In this document: positions 1 to 9,069 of the stretch, piece by piece
Position numbering within the stretch: the stretch's first letter is position 1
How the letters are laid out: each line of letters begins with the position of its first letter
DNA from: Candidatus Eiseniibacteriota bacterium
Lineage (GTDB): Bacteria > ARS69
Length of the DNA: 19,023 nt
Assembly: GCA_052390515.1 (NCBI GenBank)
Contig: JBQTGV010000155.1
Coordinates: forward strand, 1-19,023
Reading direction: 5' to 3'
Notes under the pieces: generated by a model
The model's database searches: none
Told to the model about the DNA's origin: nothing
Seen by the model: only the letters and a program-made list of their open reading frames with translations
Position numbers and translations under genes: made by a program

Positions 1-783
1 GGCGATCTCGCCGGGGTGTCGGCGGAATACTTAACTTCCTGCCTGGGCGGGGTGGGGAGCCGCGGCCGGAGGGGGGCGAATGTGCGCCGGCGCCTCGCCG
101 CGCTGCGCGGCCTCTTCCGCTTCGCCCATGCCGAAGGATCGGCGGCCGAGGACCCGACGCGGGAAGTGTCCGGTCCGCGGCGGCTCCGCCGGCTCCCGGG
201 GGCGCTCTCGGTGGCGGAGGTGGAGCGGCTGCTGGACGCGCCTTCGGGCGACGCGCCGCTCGCGCTGCGCGACCGGGCGCTCCTCGAGCTGGCCTACGCC
301 ACCGGGGTGCGGGTCAGCGAGGCCTGCGCCGTGGACCTGGCCGATCTCGGCGTGGAGCCCGGCATGTTGCGGGTGCGAGGCAAGGGCGGCGTGGAGCGGT
401 GGATCCCGGTCGGGCGAGTCGCCCGGGGGGCGCTGCAGGAGTGGACCGGCCGCGGCAGGCCGGCGCTGGCCGCGCCCGGCGAGGCCGCGCTGTTCGTCAA
501 CGCGCGCGGCAGGCGGCTCGGGCGTCACGGATTCTGGCGAGTGCTGCGCGGCCACGTGCGAGCCGCGGGCATCCGGCGCGCCGTGTCGCCGCACACCCTT
601 CGCCATTCCTTCGCCACCCATCTGCTGGAGGGAGGCGCGGACCTCCGCGTCGTCCAGGAGCTCCTCGGTCACGCCGACCTGTCCACGACCCAGGTCTACA
701 CGAAGGTGGACACGACGTATCTCGCGGAGGTCCACCGGACGTTCCACCCGCGGGAGCGCGCGCGAGTGCGGGGGGGCGCTTGA
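1..783 (+). CDS. xerD: Tyrosine recombinase XerD (5' end outside window)
   Basis: Frame 1 is open from base 1. Catalytic motifs are present: YATGVRVSE (R), RGKGG (K), SPHTLRHSFATHLL (HxxR), LLGH, STTQVYT (Y), and C-terminal HRTFHPR. It lies next to scpAB. XerD rather than XerC is inferred from motif style and context. Confidence 0.88.
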   Translation, partial: GDLAGVSAEYLTSCLGGVGSRGRRGANVRRRLAALRGLFRFAHAEGSAAEDPTREVSGPRRLRRLPGALSVAEVERLLDAPSGDAPLALRDRALLELAYATGVRVSEACAVDLADLGVEPGMLRVRGKGGVERWIPVGRVARGALQEWTGRGRPALAAPGEAALFVNARGRRLGRHGFWRVLRGHVRAAGIRRAVSPHTLRHSFATHLLEGGADLRVVQELLGHADLSTTQVYTKVDTTYLAEVHRTFHPRERARVRGGA

Positions 784-824
784 GCGCCGGACGGGCTACA
801 CTGGAGCCACCGCGAAGGAGGCCC

Positions 825-1697
825 ATGGCGACGCATCCCCGACCCGAACCGGCCGCCCAGGTGCTGGACGGAGACAGGGCGGCATCCGCGGGGGCGGGAG
901 CGCCGCCCGAGGGCGTGCGGGGTTCCGCCGAGGGCGTGCTTCCGGTCGAGGGCGACGGCTACCGCGTCTCCCTGGAGAAGTTCGAGGGACCGCTGGATCT
1001 CCTCCTCTATCTGATCCGCGAGGAGGAGGTGGACATCTACGACATCCCCATCTCGCGCATCACCGATCAGTACCTCGAGTCCATCCAGGACATCGATAAG
1101 TCCGAGATCGACCTGGATCGGGCCGGGGAGTTCCTGCTCATGGCCGCGACGCTCATGCGCATCAAGGCGCGCATGCTCATTCCGCGGGACGAGGACGGAG
1201 AGGAAGGCGAAGAGGAGGACCCGCGCGAGGAGCTGGTGCGCCGGCTGCTCGAGTACCGCGCCTTCCAGGGGGTGGCCGAGGCGCTGCGCACCCGCGAGGA
1301 GGAGTGGCGCGACGTGTTCGTCCGCGCCGGATGCTTCCGGCCCGAACCGGAGCCGGCCGGCTTCACCGATCTCGGCGTGTCCGTCGTCGATCTGTTCCGC
1401 GCGTTCCGGCGCATGCTGGACAACCTGCGCGACGAGACGCCGCTCGAGATGCGCGCCGCGGAGTACTCCGTCGACGAGCGCATGGAGTTCCTGCGCCGCG
1501 AGTGCCTGGAGCGCGCGGACGGCGTTCCGTTCCGCAGGGTCCTGGGCGAGGATCCCACGCGCGCGCTGCTCATCGCCACGTTCCTGGGGCTCCTGGAGCT
1601 GATCCGCCTCCGCGAGGTGTTCGTCGCGCAGGTGGATCGGTTCGGAGAGATCTGGATCCGACAGCGGAAGGAGAAGGAGGAGGCGCTGCCCCGATGA
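825..1697 (+). CDS. scpA: Segregation and condensation protein A (SMC kleisin)
   Basis: FEGPLDLLLYLI, DIYDIPI, EFLLMAATL and TFLGLLEL motifs. SD AAGGAG at 815-820 precedes ATG 825, in frame with ORF 399..1697. 290 aa. Confidence 0.95.
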   Translation: MATHPRPEPAAQVLDGDRAASAGAGAPPEGVRGSAEGVLPVEGDGYRVSLEKFEGPLDLLLYLIREEEVDIYDIPISRITDQYLESIQDIDKSEIDLDRAGEFLLMAATLMRIKARMLIPRDEDGEEGEEEDPREELVRRLLEYRAFQGVAEALRTREEEWRDVFVRAGCFRPEPEPAGFTDLGVSVVDLFRAFRRMLDNLRDETPLEMRAAEYSVDERMEFLRRECLERADGVPFRRVLGEDPTRALLIATFLGLLELIRLREVFVAQVDRFGEIWIRQRKEKEEALPR

Positions 1698-2335
1698 CCG
1701 AGAACCACTCCCTCGACTCGCAGGTCGAAGCGCTGCTCTTCTCCTCGGAGGTGCCGCTCCCGGCCAGGCGCCTCGCCGAGCTGACCGGGCAGGCGAAGGG
1801 TCAGGTGCTGGAGGCGATGGATCGCCTGAACGTCCACTATGCCGAGACGAAGCGCTCGTTCCGCATCGTCGAGATCGCCGGCGGCCACCAGATGGTCACC
1901 ACTCCGGACTTCGCCGACGTGCTGGCGGAGCTGCACCGGGAGAGCGTCCCGACGCGGCTCTCCCAGGCCGCGCTCGAGACGCTGGCGATCATCGCCTTCC
2001 GCCAGCCGGTGACCCGCGCCGAGATCGACCGCGTCCGCGGCGTGAGCGCGAGCGACGGCGTGCTCCGCCACCTGCTGGAGCGCAAGGTGGTGCGCATCGC
2101 GGGGCGCGCGGAAGCGCCCGGACGCCCGTTGCTCTACGGCACGACGGCGGAGTTCCTGGGCTACTTCGGGCTCCCCAGCCTCTCCGATCTGCCCCGCCGC
2201 GACGAGCTCGAGGCCATGCTGGCCGGCGAGGCCGCTGCCCGTTCCGCGGACCCCTCCGAGGAGGCCGTCCCCTCGGACATCGAGTCTCACTCCGGAGAGG
2301 AGTCGGACGATCGTGAAGGAATCCCTGCGCCTTAA
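1694..2335 (+). CDS. scpB: Segregation and condensation protein B
   Basis: EALLF, LSQAALETLAIIAFRQPVTRAEID..RGV and GRPLLYGTT.EFL..FGL motifs. ATGA overlap with the scpA stop. 213 aa. Confidence 0.95.
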   Translation: MTENHSLDSQVEALLFSSEVPLPARRLAELTGQAKGQVLEAMDRLNVHYAETKRSFRIVEIAGGHQMVTTPDFADVLAELHRESVPTRLSQAALETLAIIAFRQPVTRAEIDRVRGVSASDGVLRHLLERKVVRIAGRAEAPGRPLLYGTTAEFLGYFGLPSLSDLPRRDELEAMLAGEAAARSADPSEEAVPSDIESHSGEESDDREGIPAP

Positions 2336-3068
2336 CCGCTTCCTGGCTCAGGCCGGCGTGGCCTCCCGGCGGCGTTGCGACGATCTGATCCGGCAGGGGC
2401 GCGTCACCCTCAACGGCACGATCGTGAGCGAGCTCGGCGTCCGCGTGGACCCGGACTCCGACCGGGTCGTGGTGGACGGCGCGGTGGTGGAGCGGCAGTC
2501 CGGCCGCTGGACGCTCGCGCTGAACAAGCCCCGTGACGTACTGGTCGCCGCGGTGGACTCCCGCGGCCGCTCCACCGTGACCGACCTGCTCGGCGACTTC
2601 GCGGGGCGGGTCTTTCCGGTGGGGCGCCTGGACTACCGCAGCGAGGGACTTCTGCTCTTCACGAACGACGGCGAGCTCGCGTACCGTCTCGCGCATCCGC
2701 GCTTCAAGGTGGAGAAGGTGTACCGGGTGGAAGTGAGCGGGCCCGTCTCGCCCTCGCTGATCGAAGCCTTCCGCCGGGGCGTGGTCCTGGAGGACGGACG
2801 CACCCAACCCGCGATGCTCGCGATCGTCTCCCGCGGTAGGGAGCGCTCCATCCTGGAGATCGAGCTGCGTGAGGGGAAGAAGCGGCAGATTCGCCGTATG
2901 CTCGCCCGGTTCGACCACGAGGTCGTGAAGCTCTGCCGCACGCGATTCGGTCCGATCGAGCTCGGCGGTCTTCGCACCGGGAAGTGGCGCGAGCTGGCTC
3001 CCGCGGAGGTCGAGCGCCTGCACCAGGCCGTCGGGCTGTCCTCGCCGTCGGGGAGCGCGCCGGCGTGA
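2313..3068 (+). CDS. rluB: rRNA pseudouridine synthase, RsuA/RluB family
   Basis: N-terminal S4 domain ([15 protein letters not shown]), LNKP, catalytic VGRLD..SEGLLL, EG..RQIRRM. Typical position after scpB. GTG start overlaps the end of scpB. Confidence 0.88.
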   Translation: MKESLRLNRFLAQAGVASRRRCDDLIRQGRVTLNGTIVSELGVRVDPDSDRVVVDGAVVERQSGRWTLALNKPRDVLVAAVDSRGRSTVTDLLGDFAGRVFPVGRLDYRSEGLLLFTNDGELAYRLAHPRFKVEKVYRVEVSGPVSPSLIEAFRRGVVLEDGRTQPAMLAIVSRGRERSILEIELREGKKRQIRRMLARFDHEVVKLCRTRFGPIELGGLRTGKWRELAPAEVERLHQAVGLSSPSGSAPA

Positions 3069-4078
3069 TCCTCATCCTGCGCGCGGACGTCACCCAGGGC
3101 GAGATCGACGCCCTGCTGGAGCGGCTGCACGAACTCGGCGTCAAGAGCCACTTGGCTCGCGGGCGGGATCACGCCGTCCTCACCCTGGAGGGTGAGGAAG
3201 ACCTGCTGCGCGGCGCGCAGCTCGACGCGTTGCCGGGCGTCGAGCGGCTCGTTCACACCCAGCGCCCGTACAAGCTGGCCAGCCGCGACTATCGACCGGA
3301 ACGGACGACGATCCCCATCGGCAAGGTCACCGTGGGCGCGAAGCGCGTCGTGGTCATGGCCGGGCCGTGCTCGGTCGAGTCGCGCGCGCAGTGCTTCACG
3401 ATCGCCGACGAGGTGGCGAAGGCGGGGGCCTCGATGTTCCGCGGCGGCGCGTTCAAGCCGCGCACCTCGCCGTACTCGTTCCAGGGGCTTGGTCGTGAAG
3501 GCCTGGAGATCCTGGCCCAGGTACGCGAGCGAACCGGCCTGGCGGTCATCACCGAGGTGATGGACACCCGCGACGTGGAGATGGTGGCCCGATACGCGGA
3601 CGTGCTGCAGATCGGTGCGCGCAACGTGCAGAACTTCAGCCTGCTGAACGAGGTGGGCAAGAGCGGCGTGCCCGTGTTCCTGAAGCGCGGCATGATGACG
3701 ACGGTGAACGAGCTGCTCATGTCCGCGGAGTACGTCATGTCCAACGGGAACAGCAACGTGATGCTCTGCGAGCGCGGCATCCGCACGTTCGAGACCGCGC
3801 TGCGCAACACCCTGGACCTCTCGGCCGTGCCGCTCCTGCAGAGCCTCACGCATCTTCCGGTGATCGTGGATCCCAGCCACGGCGTGGGCGACTGGCGTTA
3901 CGTGGTGCCCATGGCCAGGGCCGCGGTGGCCGCGGGCTGCGACGGCCTGATGATCGAGGTGCACCACGCTCCGGAGACGGCTTTCTCCGACGGCGTGCAG
4001 TCGCTGCTGCCGCGCCGCTTCGCCGCCGGGATGGCGGAGATCCGCAAGGTGGCGCGCGCCGTGGGCCGCCTCGTCTGA
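3065..4078 (+). CDS. aroF: DAHP synthase class I-beta with N-terminal ferredoxin-like/ACT regulatory domain
   Basis: [45 protein letters not shown] and DPSH motifs. GTGA overlap with the rluB stop. 337 aa. Confidence 0.95.
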   Translation: MILILRADVTQGEIDALLERLHELGVKSHLARGRDHAVLTLEGEEDLLRGAQLDALPGVERLVHTQRPYKLASRDYRPERTTIPIGKVTVGAKRVVVMAGPCSVESRAQCFTIADEVAKAGASMFRGGAFKPRTSPYSFQGLGREGLEILAQVRERTGLAVITEVMDTRDVEMVARYADVLQIGARNVQNFSLLNEVGKSGVPVFLKRGMMTTVNELLMSAEYVMSNGNSNVMLCERGIRTFETALRNTLDLSAVPLLQSLTHLPVIVDPSHGVGDWRYVVPMARAAVAAGCDGLMIEVHHAPETAFSDGVQSLLPRRFAAGMAEIRKVARAVGRLV

Positions 4079-4079
4079 G

Positions 4080-5354
4080 ATGGCGGCAATCCGGATGATC
4101 GGCCGCTTCCGTCCGCCGGGCGACAAGTCGCTCTCCCACCGCGCGTTGATCCTGGCGGCGCTGGCCGAGGGGACCGCTTCGCTCCGGGGGCTCAACCCGG
4201 GCGCGGACGTGGCCTCGACCGCCTCGTGCCTGTGCCGGCTGGGCGTCGCCGCCGTGCGGCGCGGCACCGAGTGGCGCGTGGAAGGGGGAGGGCCGCAGGC
4301 GTGGCGAAGGGCGCGCGGCGCGCTGGACTGCGGGAACTCCGGCACGACCATGAGGCTGCTGGCCGGCGTGCTCGCGGCGATGCCCTTCGAGTCCCGTCTC
4401 ACCGGCGACGCGTCGCTCTCCGTGCGGCCCATGGAGCGGATCGCGCGGCCGCTGCAGCGCATGGGAGCCTCGGTCCGCGGCCACACGCGGCGCGGCGCGC
4501 TGCTGCCGCCCCTCACCGTCCGCGGACGACCTCTCCGCTCCATCCGCTGGAAGCAGGAGGTCGCGAGCGCGCAGGTGAAGTCCGCGATCCTGCTCGCCGC
4601 GGCGGTCGCGGGCGTGGGGGCGGTCGTGCTCGAGTCCGTGCGTTCCCGCGACCACACCGAGCGCATGCTGGCGGCGCTCGGCGCGCGCGTCCGTCGCGTT
4701 CGGGGAGGCGTCTCGCTGGCCCCCGGCGCGAGGCTGCGTCCGCCGTCGGGGACGGTTCCGGGAGATCCCTCGGCCGGCGCGTTCTTCGCCGCCGCCGCGG
4801 CGGCGCTTCCCGGCTCCGACTTGACCCTGGAGGGGGTCTGTCTCAACCCCACGCGGCTGGGGTTCTATCGCGCGCTCGAGAGGATGGGCGCGCGCGTGGA
4901 GAGGCGCGTGACGCACCGCTGGTGCGGCGAGCCGGTCGGCGAGCTGCGCATTCGCTCCGGCCGACTGCGCGCCGTCCGGCTCGGCGGCCGCTCGGTTCCC
5001 GCGACGATCGACGAGCTGCCGCTGGTCGCGGTGCTGGCGGCGGGAGCGTGCCGCGGGACCACGCGGATCCGCGGGGCCGCGGAGCTCCGCACGAAAGAGA
5101 GCGACCGCATCGCCGGACTCGCGCGGGGACTCGCCGCGCTCGGTGCGCGCGTGGCCGAGCTGCCGGACGGTCTCGTCGTCGAAGGCGGCCGTCTCGCCGG
5201 CGGCCGTGTGGACTCGCTCGGCGACCATCGCCTGGCCATGGCGTTCCGCGTGGCGGGACTTCTGGCGGAGGGCCCGGTGAGCGTGCGCGGCGCGGGATCG
5301 GCGCGCGTCTCCCACCCCGGCTTCGACCGGGCGCTCCGCCGGCTCGTCCGATGA
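4080..5354 (+). CDS. aroA: EPSP synthase (3-phosphoshikimate 1-carboxyvinyltransferase)
   Basis: PGDKSLSHR, GNSGTTMRL, RPM, SAQVKSA, RDHTE, PGDPS, NPTR, IDELP, KESDR and DHRLAMAF motifs. Confidence 0.95.
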   Translation: MAAIRMIGRFRPPGDKSLSHRALILAALAEGTASLRGLNPGADVASTASCLCRLGVAAVRRGTEWRVEGGGPQAWRRARGALDCGNSGTTMRLLAGVLAAMPFESRLTGDASLSVRPMERIARPLQRMGASVRGHTRRGALLPPLTVRGRPLRSIRWKQEVASAQVKSAILLAAAVAGVGAVVLESVRSRDHTERMLAALGARVRRVRGGVSLAPGARLRPPSGTVPGDPSAGAFFAAAAAALPGSDLTLEGVCLNPTRLGFYRALERMGARVERRVTHRWCGEPVGELRIRSGRLRAVRLGGRSVPATIDELPLVAVLAAGACRGTTRIRGAAELRTKESDRIAGLARGLAALGARVAELPDGLVVEGGRLAGGRVDSLGDHRLAMAFRVAGLLAEGPVSVRGAGSARVSHPGFDRALRRLVR

Positions 5355-6070
5355 CCAAGCAGGCGAAGCCGGCGGGATTCGTCGTCGCGATCGACGGGCC
5401 GGCTGCCTCCGGCAAGAGCACGACCGCGCGCCTGGCCGCCGAACGCCTCGGCTTCCTGTACCTCGACACCGGGGCGATGTACCGCGCGGTCACGTGGAAG
5501 GCGCTCTCGCTGGGCATCGACTCCAGCGACGTCGTCGCGCTGGCCGACCTGGTGGAGAGGATCCGCGTGCAGGTGATCGCCGGCGAGCACGGCGGCCGCG
5601 TGCTGGTGGACGGGGAGGACGTGACCGAGCGCATCCGCGACCCGCGGATCTCCCGGGCGGTCTCCCGCGTGGCCAGCGTGCCCGCGGTGCGCCGCGCCAT
5701 GGTGGAGCTCCAGCGCGGAATCGGCCGGTCCGGGGCCGTGGTGGTGGAGGGGCGGGACATCGGCACGGTGGTCTTTCCCGATGCGCGCGTGAAGGTCTAC
5801 CTCGCCGCCTCCCTGGAGGAGCGGGCCGAGCGGCGCCGGGCGGAGCTTCGCCGGGCGGGCGTCGAGCAGAGCCTCGAGGAGCTGATGCGCGAGATCGGCG
5901 CGCGGGACGAGCTCGACTCCGCGCGCGAGGACAGCCCGCTGCGCCGCGCCCCCGACGCCGTGCTGGTGGACACGACGCGCCTCACGATCGCCCAGCAGGT
6001 CGACGAGGTGGTCCGGGTGGTGCGGGAGGCGATCGCCGCGGCGGAGCGGGAAGGCGGGCGGCCCTCGTAG
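5351..6070 (+). CDS. cmk: Cytidylate kinase
   Basis: AIDGPAASGKST P-loop, YLDTGAMYRA, EGRDIGTVVFPDA and RDELDS.R..SPL motifs. ATGA overlap with aroA. 239 aa. Confidence 0.96.
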   Translation: MTKQAKPAGFVVAIDGPAASGKSTTARLAAERLGFLYLDTGAMYRAVTWKALSLGIDSSDVVALADLVERIRVQVIAGEHGGRVLVDGEDVTERIRDPRISRAVSRVASVPAVRRAMVELQRGIGRSGAVVVEGRDIGTVVFPDARVKVYLAASLEERAERRRAELRRAGVEQSLEELMREIGARDELDSAREDSPLRRAPDAVLVDTTRLTIAQQVDEVVRVVREAIAAAEREGGRPS

Positions 6071-6186
6071 CCCGAGCGGGGCGGGCCCCGTCCTCGGGAG
6101 GATGCGTCGCGAGGACTGTCTGAACCCGGGCCAGGCCCCTGACCTCGCACACCGCCCCGCGGGGCAAAATGGCCCGCTTTCGCCCT

Positions 6187-6215
6187 TTCCGGAGACGCGG
6201 CGGATCCGGTATCAT
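6187..6215 (+). promoter_or_regulatory. Putative sigma70 promoter for plsC-rpsA
   Basis: TTCCGG (6187-6192), a 17-nt spacer, then TATCAT (6210-6215), within the cmk-plsC intergenic gap. Confidence 0.4.
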
Positions 6216-6257
6216 GCGCGGTCGATCCCGGCTGTCCGGGGAGGAACCCTCTCTCGA

Positions 6258-6959
6258 TTGAGGCCCTGGTATCGCTTCGTCCGCTTCCTGGCCGGAACCC
6301 TGGCGCGTCTGCTCTGGGGTGTCCGGGTCGAGGGGGCGGAGCACGTGCCGCGGGCGGGGCCGCTGCTGGTCACGAGCAACCACCTGAGCAACGTCGACCC
6401 GGCGCTCTTGGGCGGGGTCATCCCACGCGAGGTGGGCTTCGTGGCGAAGGAGGAGCTCTTCCGGGTTCCGGTGCTGGGGGCGCTGATCCGCTCCCTGAAC
6501 GCGATGCCGCTGGATCGGTCGCGGCTGTCGATGGCGGCGATCGACCGGTTCGGTTCGCACCTCGGGCAGGGCGGAGCGCTCGTGTACTTCCCCGAGGGCA
6601 CGCGCTCGCGGACCGGTGAGCTGGGCTCGGCGAAGGTCGGGGTGGGGGTCCTGCTGTCACGGCACCCCGTACCGATCTTGCCGGTGAGGGTGAACGGCAC
6701 GGACTCCCTTTTCCGGAACATGTTCCGGCGGGGACGCATGCGGGTGGTGTTCGGCCGCCCGTATACGCTCCCGAAGGGGGAAGGATCCGGAGCCGCGGAG
6801 CGCGAGGAGTATCGGCGCATCGCCGAGACCGTCCTCGAGCACATCCGCGGCCTCGATGGATCCGGCGCCTCCGATCAGGAGGCGGGGAATCCGGCGGCGC
6901 CGGGCGAAGGGTCCGATGGACTCTCGCGTGGCCGTGCCGGGGATGCCCGCATTTCGTGA
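6258..6959 (+). CDS. plsC: 1-acyl-sn-glycerol-3-phosphate acyltransferase
   Basis: NHLSNVD (HxxxxD), FVAKEELF and FPEGTRS motifs, in cmk-plsC-rpsA synteny. The start is uncertain. TTG 6258 was chosen because it lies downstream of GGAGG 6240-6244 and the putative promoter; the ORF track start at 6102 is probably too long. Confidence 0.88.
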   Translation: MRPWYRFVRFLAGTLARLLWGVRVEGAEHVPRAGPLLVTSNHLSNVDPALLGGVIPREVGFVAKEELFRVPVLGALIRSLNAMPLDRSRLSMAAIDRFGSHLGQGGALVYFPEGTRSRTGELGSAKVGVGVLLSRHPVPILPVRVNGTDSLFRNMFRRGRMRVVFGRPYTLPKGEGSGAAEREEYRRIAETVLEHIRGLDGSGASDQEAGNPAAPGEGSDGLSRGRAGDARIS

Positions 6960-6981
6960 GGAAGGGAAGGTACCTGGATTC

Positions 6982-8838
6982 ATGAGCGAACCGATCGATA
7001 CGGAACTGTCGGACCTGCTGGACGACGAGGAAGCGGAAGAACGGCGAGCGCCTGCGGAGACGCCGCCCGTGCTCGTCAACCGGGCCGACGAAGAGGGAGT
7101 GGATCTCGAGTCTCCGGAGATCCGCGAGCTGCTGGCCATGTACGAGGAGACCCTCGGCAACCTGTACGAGGGTCAGATCGTCCAGGGGACGGTGCTCTCC
7201 GTCGGCGAGAAGGACGTGCTGGTCGACGTCGGCTTCAAGTCCGAGGGAATCATCAACCTCGCGGAGTTCCCGGACGCCGGGTCGATCAAGCCCGGCGACG
7301 TCGTCGAGGTCTTCCTCGAGAGCATGGAGAACTCCGACGGGCTCGTCGTGCTGTCCAAGCAGCGCGCCGACTTCCTGCGGGTGTGGAACCGCATCAAGGA
7401 CGCGTACGACAAGCAATCCGTCGTGGACGGCCGCCTGGTGCGTCGCATCAAGGGCGGCGTCGTGGTGGACCTCTTCGGAGTGGACGCGTTCCTGCCGGGC
7501 TCGCAGGTCGCCCTGCGCAGCGTGCCGAATCTGGACGACCTGATCGGCCAGAAGCTCGAGTTCCGCGTGATCAAGCTGAACAAGCGCCGCCGGAACATCG
7601 TGGTCTCGCGGCGGGTCGTGCTCGAGGAGGAGCGCGCGGTGAAGCGCGCCGGCCTCATCAAGGAGCTGGAGAAGGATCAGATCCGCGAAGGACAGGTGAA
7701 GAACATCACCGACTTCGGCGCGTTCGTGGACCTCGGCGGCATCGACGGCCTGCTGCACATCACCGACATGTCCTGGGGCCGGGTGAGCCATCCCAGCGAG
7801 GTGGTCTCCATCGGCGACACCATCCGCGTGAAGGTGCTTGAGTTCGACAAGGAGCGCGAGCGCATCTCGCTCGGGCTGAAGCAGCTCACGCCGTACCCGT
7901 GGGAGAAGGTGGCGCAGAAGTATCCGGTCAACGCGCGCGTGCGCGGCCGGGTCGTGTCCATCACCGACTACGGCGCGTTCATCGAGCTGGAGAAGGGCGT
8001 CGAGGGGCTGATCCACGTCTCGGAAATGAGCTGGACGCGGCACGTGCGGCACCCGGCGAAGATCCTCACCATCGGCGACGTCATCGACGCGGTCGTGCTC
8101 AAGGTCGACGAAGAGAACGAGAAGATCTCCCTCGGCCTGAAGCAGGTGGAGCCGGATCCGTGGCTGACGCTGGACGACAAGTATCCGGTGGGCTCCAAGT
8201 TCAGCGGCAAGGTGCGCAACCTGACGAACTTCGGCGCCTTCGTGGAGCTGGAGGAAGGCATCGACGGGCTGGTGCACATCAGCGACATGTCCTGGACGAA
8301 GCGCATCCGCCATCCGTCCGAAGTCGTGAAGAAGGGCGACGACGTCGAGGTCATCGTCCTGAACATCGACAAGGAGGCGCGACGGATCTCCCTCGGGCTG
8401 AAGCAGGTGCACGACGATCCGTGGCTCGAGCTGTCGGAGCGCTATCAGCCCGGCGTCAGCGCGAACGGGCGCATCAGCCGCGTGCTCGACCGCGGCGTGG
8501 TGGTGGATCTGGCGGACGACCTGGAAGGGTTCGTGCCCATCTCGCACCTGGGCTGGGACAACATCGGCAGCCCGGCGGACCTGTTCCGCGAGGGCGACGA
8601 GGTTCCGCTCAAGGTGATCAGCCTGGATCAGCAGCAGCGGCGCATCGTTCTGTCGCTGCGCGAGCATCTGGCGCAGATCGACGACGAGGCCGAGATGGAG
8701 TACCGGGCGATGATCCAGCGTCGGGCGGCGGAACGGGCCGCGCAGGAGGGCCCTTCCGGCACGCGCGTGGAGAAGGTCGACGGCGGCGATCCCGACGATT
8801 CCGCGTTCGAGGAGATCGAGGAATCACTGCGGGACTGA
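6982..8838 (+). CDS. rpsA: 30S ribosomal protein S1
   Basis: Six S1 repeats (VDVGFKSEG; AFLPGSQV; FGAFVDLGGIDGLLHITDMSW; YGAFIELEKGVEGLIHVSEMSW; FGAFVELEEGIDGLVHISDMSW; LEGFVPISHL). ATG 6982 follows a purine-rich stretch. 618 aa. Confidence 0.96.
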   Translation: MSEPIDTELSDLLDDEEAEERRAPAETPPVLVNRADEEGVDLESPEIRELLAMYEETLGNLYEGQIVQGTVLSVGEKDVLVDVGFKSEGIINLAEFPDAGSIKPGDVVEVFLESMENSDGLVVLSKQRADFLRVWNRIKDAYDKQSVVDGRLVRRIKGGVVVDLFGVDAFLPGSQVALRSVPNLDDLIGQKLEFRVIKLNKRRRNIVVSRRVVLEEERAVKRAGLIKELEKDQIREGQVKNITDFGAFVDLGGIDGLLHITDMSWGRVSHPSEVVSIGDTIRVKVLEFDKERERISLGLKQLTPYPWEKVAQKYPVNARVRGRVVSITDYGAFIELEKGVEGLIHVSEMSWTRHVRHPAKILTIGDVIDAVVLKVDEENEKISLGLKQVEPDPWLTLDDKYPVGSKFSGKVRNLTNFGAFVELEEGIDGLVHISDMSWTKRIRHPSEVVKKGDDVEVIVLNIDKEARRISLGLKQVHDDPWLELSERYQPGVSANGRISRVLDRGVVVDLADDLEGFVPISHLGWDNIGSPADLFREGDEVPLKVISLDQQQRRIVLSLREHLAQIDDEAEMEYRAMIQRRAAERAAQEGPSGTRVEKVDGGDPDDSAFEEIEESLRD

Positions 8839-8855
8839 CCGCGGGGCGGAAGACC

Positions 8856-8884
8856 TTGACGCAGGGGGACCAGGGCGGGATCCT
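8856..8884 (+). promoter_or_regulatory. Putative sigma70 promoter for tRNA-Val/infC operon
   Basis: TTGACG (8856-8861), a 17-nt spacer, then GATCCT (8879-8884), ending 14 nt before the tRNA 5' end. Confidence 0.5.
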
Positions 8885-8898
8885 GGCCCTCGCGACGG

Positions 8899-8975
8899 GG
8901 GCGATTAGCTCAGCTGGTTAGAGTGCCTGCTTGACATGCAGGAGGTCACTGGTTCGAGTCCAGTATCGCCCACCA
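8899..8975 (+). tRNA. tRNA-Val (anticodon GAC)
   Basis: Acceptor stem GGGCGAT/ATCGCCC, discriminator A and encoded CCA. D arm GCTCAGCTGGTTAGAGT. Anticodon arm CCTGC-TT-GAC-AT-GCAGG. T arm ACTGG-TTCGAGT-CCAGT. 77 nt. Confidence 0.98.
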
Positions 8976-8980
8976 GGAAA

Positions 8981-9069
8981 CGACGGATCGGGAAGCTCCC
9001 CCGCATTCCGAACGGGCTCGGCGGCGCCGACCGCAGGGCTCGAACGGGGAGGCTTCCCGCTTCCGGTTG
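8981..9069 (+). other. Long intergenic stem-loop between tRNA-Val and infC
   Basis: 8989-9003 CGGGAAGCTCCCCCG pairs with 9045-9059 CGGGGAGGCTTCCCG (13 Watson-Crick, 1 G-U, 1 mismatch). An outer extension pairs 8981-8987 with 9062-9069. There is no U-tract. Confidence 0.6.

Noticed and set aside
1..783. Tyrosine recombinase as a phage or island integrase targeting tRNA-Val
   Set aside because: It has Xer-type motifs and housekeeping scpAB context. I saw no duplicated tRNA 3' end and no cargo genes.
780..802. TTGAGC...TACACT upstream of scpA as a promoter
   Set aside because: The spacer is only 11 nt, and the -10-like hexamer alone is not enough to call a promoter.
4226..5350. Long N-terminal extensions in the ORF track (cmk, scpA, scpB, pheT, folD) suggesting fusions
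   Set aside because: They are stop-free alternative frames overlapping the upstream genes. The real starts coincide with SD sites or stop/start overlaps.
7690..8420. Repeated sequence blocks within rpsA
   Set aside because: These are ordinary S1-domain repeats, not a DNA repeat array or CRISPR.
6418..8667. 749-aa minus-strand ORF opposite rpsA
   Set aside because: It is the mirror frame of a strongly codon-biased gene. The same applies to 2633..4852, 9865..11733, 1067..2290 and similar ORFs.
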